64,000 nt of DNA from IMG/VR virus record IMGVR_UViG_3300047557_001530, positions 107,369 to 171,368 of that record. The stretch is one strand, 5' to 3'. Below the pieces are notes generated by a model. The model made no database searches. It was not told where the DNA came from and saw nothing but the letters and a program-made list of their open reading frames with translations. The DNA comes from a virus. Position numbers and translations under genes: made by a program. Below, piece by piece: positions 8,961 to 18,900 of the stretch; positions within the stretch are counted from its first letter, which is position 1, and every line of letters starts with the position of its first letter.

Positions 8961-9647
8961 ATGAAAATTTTTAATCATGTTGGGCTGATTGAGCCTATTG
9001 AAATGAATACTGTTATGATTGAAGGTCGGAGGTATTATAATACTCCGACTGGGAAGAAGCACAAATCAGTCACCACCGTGATTAGCAACAACCCAAAAAA
9101 GAAAGAGATAATTGCTAAGTGGAGGGCGAGAGTTGGGGAGGAAAAAGCAAACCGAATCTCCTCTCGCTCCACTACTAGAGGCAATCGCTATCATAAATTG
9201 GTAGAGAATTATCTCAACAATGAACATGATCCAAATCTTTATAAAGAATATCCTTTGGTTTGGATTATGTTTGATTCCTCTCGTAAAATTCTTGATAATA
9301 TAAATAACATATACTTACAAGAGGCTGGCTTATATTCTGATTTCCTTGGAATCGCTGGTCGTGTAGATTGTATTGCTGAGTACAACGGTAAACTTTCTAT
9401 CATCGACTTCAAAACATCAGCCGAAGAAAAGAAAGAAGAATATCTTTACGATTATTATGTTCAGGAAACAGCATATGCTTGTATGCTACAGGAACTTTAT
9501 AATCTGAAAGTGGAACAGTTAGTTACAATTGTTGCTTGTGAAAATGGTGAAACACAAGTAAGTATTCAGCCTCCCAAAAAAGAATATCTTATTAAACTAC
9601 AACAGTACATTCGGGAATACGAAGAGAGGTATGAAAGAAATATTTGA
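8961..9647 (+). CDS. PD-(D/E)XK (Cas4/RecB-like) exonuclease
   Basis: SVTT, RGNRYH, E..LYS, AGRVDCI, IIDFKTS, Q..AY. Confidence 0.88.
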   Translation: MKIFNHVGLIEPIEMNTVMIEGRRYYNTPTGKKHKSVTTVISNNPKKKEIIAKWRARVGEEKANRISSRSTTRGNRYHKLVENYLNNEHDPNLYKEYPLVWIMFDSSRKILDNINNIYLQEAGLYSDFLGIAGRVDCIAEYNGKLSIIDFKTSAEEKKEEYLYDYYVQETAYACMLQELYNLKVEQLVTIVACENGETQVSIQPPKKEYLIKLQQYIREYEERYERNI

Positions 9648-9876
9648 AAACAATTTTATGACGCCTACCAAATTTGCTCAGGAGGTTGAAAAAATAGCTC
9701 ACGAAAATTCAATGAATTATATTGATGCTATTATTCACTACTGCGAACATAACGAAATCGAAATTGAATCAGTGCCCAAACTGATGTCAAAGCCACTAAA
9801 AGAAAAACTTAAATACGACGCTCAGAAGCTCAACTTCATGAAGAAAACTTCAAGAGCAAAACTCATGCTTGTATAA
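9631..9876 (+). CDS. gp33: Late-transcription coactivator gp33
   Basis: F..EVE, YIDAI, LKEKLKYDAQKLNF; syntenic position. Confidence 0.85.
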   Translation: MKEIFENNFMTPTKFAQEVEKIAHENSMNYIDAIIHYCEHNEIEIESVPKLMSKPLKEKLKYDAQKLNFMKKTSRAKLMLV

Positions 9877-9878
9877 CT

Positions 9879-10220
9879 ATGGGAAATTTTTTTAAATCCG
9901 AAATGGTTCGGGGTGATCTTCAAGAAATGGCAGAGCTTCAACAGTTCTGTATGAGATCTATGGTTGCTTTTCCTGTTCTTACAAAAGAAAAAAAGCTTCA
10001 ATACTTTGAAGTGATGGAGCAACTAATTGAAAAACAAAAAATCTTTCATGCCCGTGTGTGTTTGAGTGATGACCCAGAGGCACAGGAAATGGCAGAGAGT
10101 ATGAAGCAAGCTGCTATCATGCTTGGTGCCACTCCCAATCAGACCATGGGAGCTATGTTTGATGACCTTCTTGAAAAGGTCCGTGTCATGAAACAGCAAC
10201 TAGAGGCTCAGGGGGATTGA
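9879..10220 (+). CDS. DUF1825-like hypothetical protein
   Basis: FFKSEMV...EKQKIFHARVCLSDDPEA. Confidence 0.7.
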   Translation: MGNFFKSEMVRGDLQEMAELQQFCMRSMVAFPVLTKEKKLQYFEVMEQLIEKQKIFHARVCLSDDPEAQEMAESMKQAAIMLGATPNQTMGAMFDDLLEKVRVMKQQLEAQGD

Positions 10221-10245
10221 CGCTCCCTTGAGCCTGTGATATGAT
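10217..10245 (+). promoter_or_regulatory. sigma70-type promoter of gp32, with the -35 box in a hairpin loop
   Basis: TTGACG-17-TATGAT; flanking AGGCTCAGGGGGA/TCCCTTGAGCCT inverted repeat. Confidence 0.65.
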
Positions 10246-10299
10246 GTCTAGGTGATTCAGCGTCACACAAGCCAAATCCAATTTATCCGAGAAAATCCT

Positions 10300-11184
10300 A
10301 TGTCTTTTGCTGATCTTAAGCGTAAGTCCCAGAGTAACTTTGAGTTCCTTCAGAAAGAACTTGAAAAGTCCAGCACCCAATCTGGTGCCGACGATAGGCT
10401 CTGGAAGCCCGAACTTGACGCTTCTGGTAACGGGTATGCTGTTATCCGTTTCCTCCCCGCTCCCGAAGGTGAGAGCGTACCCTGGGCAAAGGTTTACAAC
10501 CACGCCTTCAAAGGTCCTGGTGGTTGGCTGATTGATGGTTGTCCCACCACCAATGGTGATAAGTGCCCCATCTGTGCTGCCAACACACGTCTGTGGAATA
10601 GTGGTCATGAATCCGACAAAGCCATCGCTCGTGATCGTAAGCGTAAGCTTTCCTACTACAGCAACATTTATGTTGTGAACGATCCCAAGAACCCCGACAA
10701 CAACGGCAAGGTTATGTTGTTCAAGTATGGTAAGAAGATCCACGACAAGATCCTCGCCGCCATGCAGCCCGAATTCCAAGATGAAACTCCTATCAACGTG
10801 TTTGATCTTTGGGAAGGTGCTAACTTCAAAATCAAGATCCGTACCATTGGTGGTTACTGGAACTATGATGCTTCTGAATTTGGTTCTCCTGCTGCTCTGA
10901 GTCAAGATGATGATGAACTGGAAGCAATCTGGAAGCAAGAGTATTCTCTTGAAGCATTTACTGCTCCCAGTGAATTCAAGAGCTATGAAGAGCTTGAAAA
11001 TCGCATGAGTGTTGTTCTGAATACTGCTCCTGAAGTTCGTCAGGCTCAGTATGAAGAGGAAGAAGAACCCGCTGCTGTTGCTACTGCTACGGTTGCTCGT
11101 GAACCTGATCTTCCTTCGTTCAAATCTAACGATGATGACGATGATGCTCTGAGCTACTTTGCTCGACTGGCTGAAGAAGATTGA
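10300..11184 (+). CDS. gp32: Single-stranded DNA-binding protein gp32
   Basis: DDRLWKP, GYAVIRFLP, KYGKKI, NYDASEF, acidic tail LSYFARLAEED. Confidence 0.95.
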   Translation: MSFADLKRKSQSNFEFLQKELEKSSTQSGADDRLWKPELDASGNGYAVIRFLPAPEGESVPWAKVYNHAFKGPGGWLIDGCPTTNGDKCPICAANTRLWNSGHESDKAIARDRKRKLSYYSNIYVVNDPKNPDNNGKVMLFKYGKKIHDKILAAMQPEFQDETPINVFDLWEGANFKIKIRTIGGYWNYDASEFGSPAALSQDDDELEAIWKQEYSLEAFTAPSEFKSYEELENRMSVVLNTAPEVRQAQYEEEEEPAAVATATVAREPDLPSFKSNDDDDDALSYFARLAEED

Positions 11185-11191
11185 TACAACG

Positions 11192-11215
11192 AAGGGGGCT
11201 TACGCCCCCTTTTTT
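11192..11215. terminator. Terminator between convergent gp32 and gp53
   Basis: AAGGGGGC-TTAC-GCCCCCTT followed by a T run. Confidence 0.85.
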
Positions 11216-11864
11216 ATACTCCAGTTTTTTTCAACTTATTGGATATGTAATCGCTAGATTGAGTATACATATTTGTTTTTCTAAAATCAGAAAGAAACGC
11301 ATCAAGATACTCTGGTCTTAGTAAATAGATTTCTCTTTTCTTTTCGTTTTCTTGACTTTCGTATTCAAACGCAGTTACAGGATACGACAGTTCACTTCCA
11401 GGAATACTTTTAATTTCATCTCCGTCCCAATACTTGAATGGTCTATTGTAAAATGTCTCGTCAACAATTATATTTTCTTTAAGAACTAAATCTCCATTGC
11501 TATTTCTGTATTCATATGTTTGATAATGATGTATTTCAGAATATGGATCTTCGTAAATTGATTCGCAATATTTTCTTAAAGCATATTCACTCATTGGCCA
11601 ATCAAATAATGGATTAATTATGTTGTTAGTTAAAACAATTATCCAATCAAAAAAAGGATCTCCATATGCTTTTTCTGCTAAGGTGTCTAATCTTTCGCCT
11701 TCAACTATAGAGTATTGTTTAAAGAAAGTTGCATAAGAAAATACATCAGGATTAACCTGATATCTTCTGAAGAAATTTTTAGCTACAACAAAGTCTGAAT
11801 TAGAAAATGGATAACTAATTGGCTTTGTATCGTATTCTATATTAGGAATATTTTTAAAGTACAT
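11214..11864 (-). CDS. gp53: Baseplate wedge subunit gp53
   Basis: YFKNIPNIEY, ERLDTLAEKAYGD, WIIVLTNNI..P..DWP, ENEKKREI. Confidence 0.88.
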   Translation of the reverse strand: MYFKNIPNIEYDTKPISYPFSNSDFVVAKNFFRRYQVNPDVFSYATFFKQYSIVEGERLDTLAEKAYGDPFFDWIIVLTNNIINPLFDWPMSEYALRKYCESIYEDPYSEIHHYQTYEYRNSNGDLVLKENIIVDETFYNRPFKYWDGDEIKSIPGSELSYPVTAFEYESQENEKKREIYLLRPEYLDAFLSDFRKTNMYTQSSDYISNKLKKTGV

Positions 11865-11865
11865 T

Positions 11866-12951
11866 TTAGAAAGTTGGTCCGTCTTCGTTGATTTCGCTTG
11901 CAAATAGGATCTTCATTTCTCTAAAAGTAATTTTTAGTTGTGTTGCTACAGGAGATCCATCACTATATGTAGCATAAGAACCATCTGGAGTATAATTTAT
12001 TGACACATCAGTAATCGCAGATAATTTATATTGAGGCAAGAAAGGATGAAGTCCTGATCCTTTCATAAATGTAACTTGGCATACGTCTGGTATAGTTAAT
12101 AAATTAGGAGAATTATTTTCAAATCCAAATATTGCTTGTCCCCCAAATGATGGTAGCATTGATTTTTTAAATCTATTACAAATTTTTCTAATGGTTTTTG
12201 CTTCTCCATCTGTTCTTGGAGTCATTTTAAATGATAAATCAAATCCTCTAAGATCTGGAGACTCATACATCATTTCTACGTTTGGATTTAACACAGTACC
12301 ACTGACTCCACCCATTACTTGATTTATATTAACATTAGCATTTAATGTTTCATTTATAGATTTTGTTATTTGATCAAACGCCATTGTTTTTATCATCCCA
12401 GGTACTGATTGAATTCCTGTAGGTATAGCACTTAGATTTGTTCCAGCTAAATTTAACAATCCTGCAGTTAATGTACCAAATCCAGCTCCTCCCCACTTGG
12501 CACTGTATTGAGCTTGAACATCCTCTGGCATGTATAAAATTATTGGAGGACTAGTTGTTTTCTTACCTATTCCTGATTGAGCATACAAATCATAACCTGA
12601 GTTTCCACTGTCTATATTTACACTCCCATCTCCTCCTTGCCCTCTTCCGAATGGGGGATCGTATTTAAAAAAAGTAAAAATTACATAGTCAGATTTATCA
12701 TCTAATAAGTCTGATGGATACCTTAAAGCTTGACTTTTATTTTCTCTGGGGGCTGTAAATTTTATAACATTATCTGATTTTGGTGGAGTATATCCAGAAG
12801 AAGAACTACTAGAATTTGGGTCATTTACTTTAGTTCCTTGGTTTATCAAAGCTTGATTTGCAGTAGAACCTGCGTTACCTCTATTCTTAAATCCATCACC
12901 ACTGTCATAGAATAAAGATCTTCCTTCGATGTAGTATTCTCCTTTTGCCAT
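11866..12951 (-). CDS. gp48: Baseplate tail-tube cap gp48
   Basis: LRYP, ILYMP, NPNVEMMY..PDLR.F...FKMTPR, INYTPDG, TFREM. Confidence 0.85.
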   Translation of the reverse strand: MAKGEYYIEGRSLFYDSGDGFKNRGNAGSTANQALINQGTKVNDPNSSSSSSGYTPPKSDNVIKFTAPRENKSQALRYPSDLLDDKSDYVIFTFFKYDPPFGRGQGGDGSVNIDSGNSGYDLYAQSGIGKKTTSPPIILYMPEDVQAQYSAKWGGAGFGTLTAGLLNLAGTNLSAIPTGIQSVPGMIKTMAFDQITKSINETLNANVNINQVMGGVSGTVLNPNVEMMYESPDLRGFDLSFKMTPRTDGEAKTIRKICNRFKKSMLPSFGGQAIFGFENNSPNLLTIPDVCQVTFMKGSGLHPFLPQYKLSAITDVSINYTPDGSYATYSDGSPVATQLKITFREMKILFASEINEDGPTF

Positions 12952-13820
12952 TACTTGACTCTCTCTATGTCTTTTTTATCAGAACCTTTTACAATACGAA
13001 TACCTTTTATTCTATCATTCCAATATTGCTCGATCTCTTCCCAAACATATTCTTTAGGATATTCAATTCTTCCGCCCCCCTTCATAAGAACAAATTCTTC
13101 AACTGGAAGAAATATAGCAGTTTCCCATTCTTGTTTGGCAAGATCTAAGAATAAACTTTTACACCTTTTATTTAAATATTTATGAATAATCTTTTGAGGA
13201 ATGTCTATTCTTCCTTCTTGTAATTTATTGATAACTATTTGTCTTCGTTTTGGTTTTAGGTAATGTAAATTTGCCCCATAAAATTCTGAGCCGTGAACAC
13301 TTAAAACATATACTAATGGATACTTATCGTAATATGGTAGGCTTTGAGTCTCTGCTTGGTATTCGTAAAAGTATAAGTGACCAGGAAAAACTCTTCTTCT
13401 TAAAACATTTTGATCCTGATACACCAGAGCATCAACAGACTCCATCTTTTGTTCGATGGTCATTCTATTGTTTTCTGTGGTATACTTATCCCCTATTGAT
13501 CTTAACGCAGACTTATACCATGTGATACTTTTTGCTTCTCCTCCAGTAAGTTCTTTTATTTGTTCAAAAATAGTTTTATAATTTTTCTTTAAAAATTCTT
13601 GATAACCTTTCGTAGCTTTAACTGCTTCAGCAAGTTCCCTCATATCTTTATATGAGGAATATCTTTTTATACCATACTTAGAAGCTAAAGCACGAATTTG
13701 ATCTCTAGTGTATGTGTCAGCAGAAAGACCTCCATCTAATTCGTGCCCTGTTAAATGACTCCATTTATCAACGTTGTCTTTTGCATTTGGTTTTGGCTTT
13801 AGATTATTCTTAGCTGCCAT
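12951..13820 (-). CDS. gp2: DNA end-protector gp2-like protein with an N-terminal extension
   Basis: LPYYDKYPLV, GANLHYL, IHKYL, AIFLPVEEF. Confidence 0.75.
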   Translation of the reverse strand: MAAKNNLKPKPNAKDNVDKWSHLTGHELDGGLSADTYTRDQIRALASKYGIKRYSSYKDMRELAEAVKATKGYQEFLKKNYKTIFEQIKELTGGEAKSITWYKSALRSIGDKYTTENNRMTIEQKMESVDALVYQDQNVLRRRVFPGHLYFYEYQAETQSLPYYDKYPLVYVLSVHGSEFYGANLHYLKPKRRQIVINKLQEGRIDIPQKIIHKYLNKRCKSLFLDLAKQEWETAIFLPVEEFVLMKGGGRIEYPKEYVWEEIEQYWNDRIKGIRIVKGSDKKDIERVK

Positions 13821-13821
13821 G

Positions 13822-14259
13822 CTATACTCCTAAATGGTCTTCCGTGAGGATTAAAAATTTCATTTGTCTATCTTCACAGAAATCTTCTGCTGCTTCCCAT
13901 TTAGCACGATTTTTTATGTATGTTAGAACTTCTCTTTTCCAAGCAGCGGTTTTTCTTTTTGGTTTTTCTGTAGGACCAGTAACTTGTTTCTTTGGCTTGA
14001 CTTCTATTAGATATTTACTAACCCTACCATCTTTGCTTTTCACTTTAATATAAAAATCTGGATAGTATCTATGCACTCTGCCATCCGTAGGGCAACGGTA
14101 AGGAATAATTATTTCTTCACTACCCCATTCTATAATACTATTGTTATTATCACAAAATACCATAAACTTTCTTTCCCACATGGAACGATAGATGATCCTT
14201 GTGGGGTTCCCCCTATATTTTTTGGGGTTAGTGGGTTTATAGATTCCAGAGTATGCCAT
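13822..14259 (-). CDS. gp4: Head-completion nuclease gp4
   Basis: PTNPKKY.G, YRSMWERKFM, WGSEE, HRYYPDF, IEVKP, LTEDHL; start moved to 14259. Confidence 0.92.
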   Translation of the reverse strand: MAYSGIYKPTNPKKYRGNPTRIIYRSMWERKFMVFCDNNNSIIEWGSEEIIIPYRCPTDGRVHRYYPDFYIKVKSKDGRVSKYLIEVKPKKQVTGPTEKPKRKTAAWKREVLTYIKNRAKWEAAEDFCEDRQMKFLILTEDHLGV

Positions 14260-14289
14260 AAATAAATATATCCCTCCGAGTATATTTAG
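14257..14289. promoter_or_regulatory. Divergent T4-type late promoters
   Basis: CATAAATA on + (14257) and CTAAATA on - (TATTTAG, 14283-14289) in the gp4/gp54 intergenic segment. Confidence 0.6.
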
Positions 14290-14290
14290 A

Positions 14291-14995
14291 GTGGCAGGAT
14301 CAATTACCAATTTCATAAATGCTATCGCTAAAAATGGTGGCATGTCCATGTCAAATGGATATGACATTGAGTTTGATCTTAGTGGAACGCAAATTCAAAG
14401 TGTTCTAAGTCAATACAGTATTACGTTGCCAAGTGCAAATGATTCTGGAAATCCTGGTGCTTTGATTAATATGTTTTGCGATGAAGCACAGTTACCAAAT
14501 AGTCAAGCTGCTACTGGACAAATTAATGGTAGATATTTGGGCGAGGGTGTCGTAAATTATCCTCACACAAAACTAGTAAGTGACTTTTCTTTGACATGGA
14601 TGTGTGATGCTAATATGGCACCATACAAATTTTTAATGGCGTGGTATAATTATATTTTTAATGGCGTAGAAAATTCTAATAGCATAGAACAACAGTCTCC
14701 AGATAGTCTCAAAGAATTTAAGCAAAACGCCAAACCAAAACTTCCAAATCGCTCAACAAGATTACACTATCCAAAAGATTATCAAGCTACTTTAAGAATA
14801 GCTAAGACAGAAAAAGGAAATAACGCACCCAATAGTAGGGTTCCATTAGTATATGTTATGGAACAATGCTATCCATATTCCGTAGATGCTGTTCCTCTTT
14901 CTTATGGAACATCACAATTAACTAGGGTTACTGCCAATTTTTATTATAGCAAGCATACAATTTTCTTTGCAGACGTTCGTTCATTTAAGGGATAA
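14291..14995 (+). CDS. Tail-tube-fold protein (gp54-like tube initiator)
   Basis: CDEAQLP, YP.SV.AVPLSY..S.LTRVT..F.Y; syntenic position; GTG start. Confidence 0.7.
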   Translation: MAGSITNFINAIAKNGGMSMSNGYDIEFDLSGTQIQSVLSQYSITLPSANDSGNPGALINMFCDEAQLPNSQAATGQINGRYLGEGVVNYPHTKLVSDFSLTWMCDANMAPYKFLMAWYNYIFNGVENSNSIEQQSPDSLKEFKQNAKPKLPNRSTRLHYPKDYQATLRIAKTEKGNNAPNSRVPLVYVMEQCYPYSVDAVPLSYGTSQLTRVTANFYYSKHTIFFADVRSFKG

Positions 14996-15022
14996 ATAAT
15001 TAAACGATTTGACTAGAATAAT

Positions 15023-15736
15023 ATGGCATTACCTAAAATTGGTTATCCTACATTTGAACTGCAACTTCCTTCCAACGGCAAAACAATTAAGTACAGACCT
15101 TTTATAGTAAAAGAAGAAAAGGTTTTACTATTAGCACTTGAATCTGAAGACGAAGCCCAGATTAAAGATGCGGTAAAAAATTTAATTAAAAATTGTGTCA
15201 TCACAAGAATCAAAGTTGATGAACTACCTGCTTTTGATTTAGAATATCTGTTCCTCAGAATCAGAGCAGCATCTGTTGGAGAAATTGTCACCATGAATGT
15301 TGTCTGCAAAGATGACAATGAAACTCAGGTTGAAGTTGCTATTAATTTAAATGAAGTTGAGGTCTTTAAGCCAGAAGGTCATGTGAATAAAATTATGATC
15401 GGTGATGATATGGGTATTGTTATGAAGTACCCAAGCATGGATAGATTTATTGATGCAGAATTTTTAAATAAAGATATTAAAACAGAAGAAGTATTTGAAT
15501 TTATTGCTGATTCAATTGATCAAGTCTTCACAAAAGAAGATGTCTGGGATTCTTCCACAACGTCAAGAAAAGAAATGGTTGAGTGGGTGGAGACACTAAC
15601 CAATAAACAGTTTGAAGACATTCAAAAATTTTATGAGACAATGCCAAAACTACAGCATAAATTTACTGTGAAAAATCCAAAGACTGGACTTGAATCTGAA
15701 TATGAAATCGAGGGTATGCAGAATTTTTTCGCATAG
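15023..15736 (+). CDS. gp26: Baseplate hub assembly protein gp26
   Basis: MALPK, YRPFIVKEEKVLL, DLEYLFLRIRAASVGE, ETMPKL, C-terminal FF. Confidence 0.9.
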   Translation: MALPKIGYPTFELQLPSNGKTIKYRPFIVKEEKVLLLALESEDEAQIKDAVKNLIKNCVITRIKVDELPAFDLEYLFLRIRAASVGEIVTMNVVCKDDNETQVEVAINLNEVEVFKPEGHVNKIMIGDDMGIVMKYPSMDRFIDAEFLNKDIKTEEVFEFIADSIDQVFTKEDVWDSSTTSRKEMVEWVETLTNKQFEDIQKFYETMPKLQHKFTVKNPKTGLESEYEIEGMQNFFA

Positions 15737-15915
15737 CACTCTTCCAAAATAGTTTGGAAGGGTATTTTAAAACCAATTTTGCCTTGATGCAGCATCATAA
15801 ATACTCTTTGACAGAGATTGAAAGTCTCATGCCTTGGGAACGTGAAGTATATGTTTCTTTGTTATTGCAACACATACAAGAACAAGAAGCTAAACGGGAA
15901 GCAGCTAACAGGTAA
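15721..15915 (+). CDS. gp51: gp51-like hub assembly catalyst; first in-frame ATG only at 15787, possibly reached by -1 frameshift
   Basis: -1 frame reads FRIALFQNSLEGYFKTNFALMQHHKYSLTEIESLMPWEREVY. Confidence 0.75.
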   Translation, partial: EFFRIALFQNSLEGYFKTNFALMQHHKYSLTEIESLMPWEREVYVSLLLQHIQEQEAKREAANR

Positions 15916-18900
15916 TGAAAAATTCTGCCGAAAATAAATTTAATTTATCAAAAAGAGTAAGGCTACTCGGCAAAATTGTTGGCTATAATACTGCGTTTAA
16001 TTTAGTTGGATCTAAAAAATTAGGGCAAGGTGCCTTTGGTACTGTATATTCTTCCAGAGGTGCTGCTGTTAAAGTTGCTCATGCTAAAGGTCAAAAGGAA
16101 CTTAAGCATGAAGTTTCAATGCTTGAGCAATTAAAAGGTCTTAAGATAGCCCCACAGTTATTGGGCTCTGGAAAAGGATACGCTGCAATACAACAGTTTA
16201 AAGGTAATACATTAAATGATTCTGGAAATTTAAAAAGAATAAAAGAAGATCCAGTATTTGCTGATTATATTTTTAGAAAAATTGTTGAAGCAATGGGTGC
16301 ATTGCACCGCAAAAATATTGCTCAAAAAGATTTACATGCAGGAAACATTTTTATTACTGATGACTACCAAGTAAAAATTCTTGATTATGGTCAGGCATCT
16401 AAAGGGTATCCTATAACATACTACGAAACATTTTTTGGTAGTAACTATGACCCTAAGCAAGGGGCGATAGGATTAATACATCATTTGTTTTTAAATACTC
16501 AATCGTATAAAACATATAAGAGAATATTAATTAATGCAATAAGAATTATATGCAAAAAGAAAGGAATTAGTTCTAAAATTGCATTGCAAAATTATGAAGC
16601 AATAGAAGGTAACGAAGAAAAGGAAACAGAATATTTTAATGTCTTAGAAAATTTAGCTCGTCACCCTGAGAATGATCAATCAGATGTAAGCAATTTTTAC
16701 AGTGCTCTTGATACAGCATTAAAAATTAATACAAAAAATCCTTTAAAGACAAAAAGAGTATCATCCAAAACTAGATTACTATCTACATCTTCTACGACAG
16801 CTAGAAAAATAAATCAAAAGTATTCATTGAAAGGAACTATTCCACAAGCATCTGAAGGTGGAGTATTCTCTGGACCAGAAAGTGGCTATCCAGTTATACT
16901 ACATGGCACCGAAGCTGTCGTTCCATTGGATGATCTTAACATACCTCCAGCAAGATATATTCAAGGGCAAGCTGGTGTTTGGGAGCTAGAATTTGAATCA
17001 GTTCTAGATCATGCTATTTACTTTGCTGGCAAGTCTCCATTCCCCAAAGGTGCTAAACAAGCAGAAATACTAGATTGGTTGCAGGATACTTTAGGTATTA
17101 CCTGGAAAGATATTTCTGAACATCGTGATAAAATTATGGATACGATACGTCAGCTAACCCCTGACGCATGGGAAGGAGGCAACTATCCATATTTACATAT
17201 CCCTAGAGTCGATCCTGATTTTGAAATTGAAACTTATGCAGATGCTGATGAAGAAGAGCCAGATGATCTTGATGATTTATTAAATGAAATACGAGATGAA
17301 GATGAAGACGAAGATGAGGCTGAAGGTTTAGATGAATTACTTGATTTAATAAGGGATACATCTGTTTCTGATACAGAAGAAAAAGAAACAGAGAAAAAGA
17401 TAGAACAAGCAAACGATATTGCTGAAGACATTCAGATTGATCCAGATGTTTTATCTGATCTTCCCCCAAGTTTGCAAGCATCTTTAGTTAAAGTAATTAA
17501 TAGAAAAACAGGTGCTACTATTAATGCTGGTGATAAAAAAGAAACAACATCTGCAATTACTAACACTAAAATATACAGATTTTTAACAAATAATTTATTA
17601 AAAATTGAAGGGCAATTAGATTCTATTAATGCTTCTATCAAAGAACAAAATATTTTACTGCAAACTAATTTAGATTTAAATCTAAAAACATTGCAATCGG
17701 TAGAAGAACAGGATGCATTGTTAGAAAGAAAACTTGATACCATATTAGATCTTTATACTAATCAAACTTCTTTAATTAAAAAATACGAAGAAGATTTAAA
17801 GAGACAAGCAACTGAAGCTAGGTTAGAACAACAAAGAGATTCTGCATTTACTACTGGATTCACTGACGTTGGTGGGCATACATTAGATTCAAATAGTTTA
17901 CTCGGCAGATTGGTTAAATTTTTTGGTAAAAAAATAGCTGTAAAATTGTGGAAATTTTTACCATTAGCTATTAGATCAAGGGCTAAACTTTTAGGCAAAG
18001 CATTACGTCCAGGTAAACTACTTGGTAAAGTAGCTCAAAGAATAGCGGCAAAGAAAGCAGCAGACAAAGCAACTCAAAAAGCAACACAAAAATTTGTTGC
18101 AAAAGGTTTTGAACATATAGCATTACCAGCATTAAAATCTGCTGACAATGTTGCTGCTAAAGGAGTACAAAAATCTGGCGGCAATTTATTGCAGAGAGCT
18201 TTGAGCAGTTCTGTAGTTCAAAAAGCATTGGTTAAAAAACTTGGTAAAGAAGGTGCAGAAAAACTTACAGTTAAGTTAGCAGCTAAATTAATTCCTGGTG
18301 TTGCTACGGCATATGGATTAGGAGAAGGTTTAGCTAGAATAATGATGGGTGATGTCAAGGGTGGATTCTTATCATTTGGTAGTGCAATACCTGTAGCTGG
18401 ATATGGATTCGCTGCGGTGGATGTCTTGCGAGACATTGATGTGGCTGCATACACGAAACATATTGAAGGACCAGCAATGTCTGGTAAACTTGGCGATGAA
18501 CAGTTTGCTGCGTTCATTGCAGAGGCATTGGGAGTTACTGAAAATCAGTATGAAACAGGAACATTGAGTGCTAAACCTGGAGTTGCTATGCTTCATGGTA
18601 CAGAATTGATTGTGGATAAAAATCAATCAGAACAAATGAATCCAATGGCTATTGTTGGGGGCAGTTTATTAGCAGCAACAACAAATTATATTAACAGCAT
18701 GGGTCCTCTCGCAGCATCTATAGCTCCTACATTTAAGCAAGTTGCTGCTCCAATTGCAGAAGAATATGGTATTCCTAAAACATTTACACAAACAAAAGTT
18801 GGTGGAGCTTTACCTAATTTAAGTCAAGAACTTAAGAGAATAAAAGATAAAAGAAAACAAACACCAGAAGAAGAGCTTGAAGGCATTGAAAAAGATTTAT

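Noticed and set aside
8961-9647. Cas4-like nuclease as a sign of CRISPR
   Set aside because: This is a routine cyanomyovirus core gene. No repeat-spacer array or other cas genes were seen in the window.
10186-10938. 250-aa minus-strand ORF
   Set aside because: It lies antisense to gp32 and has no motifs. The same applies to the long antisense ORFs over the helicase and both ligases.
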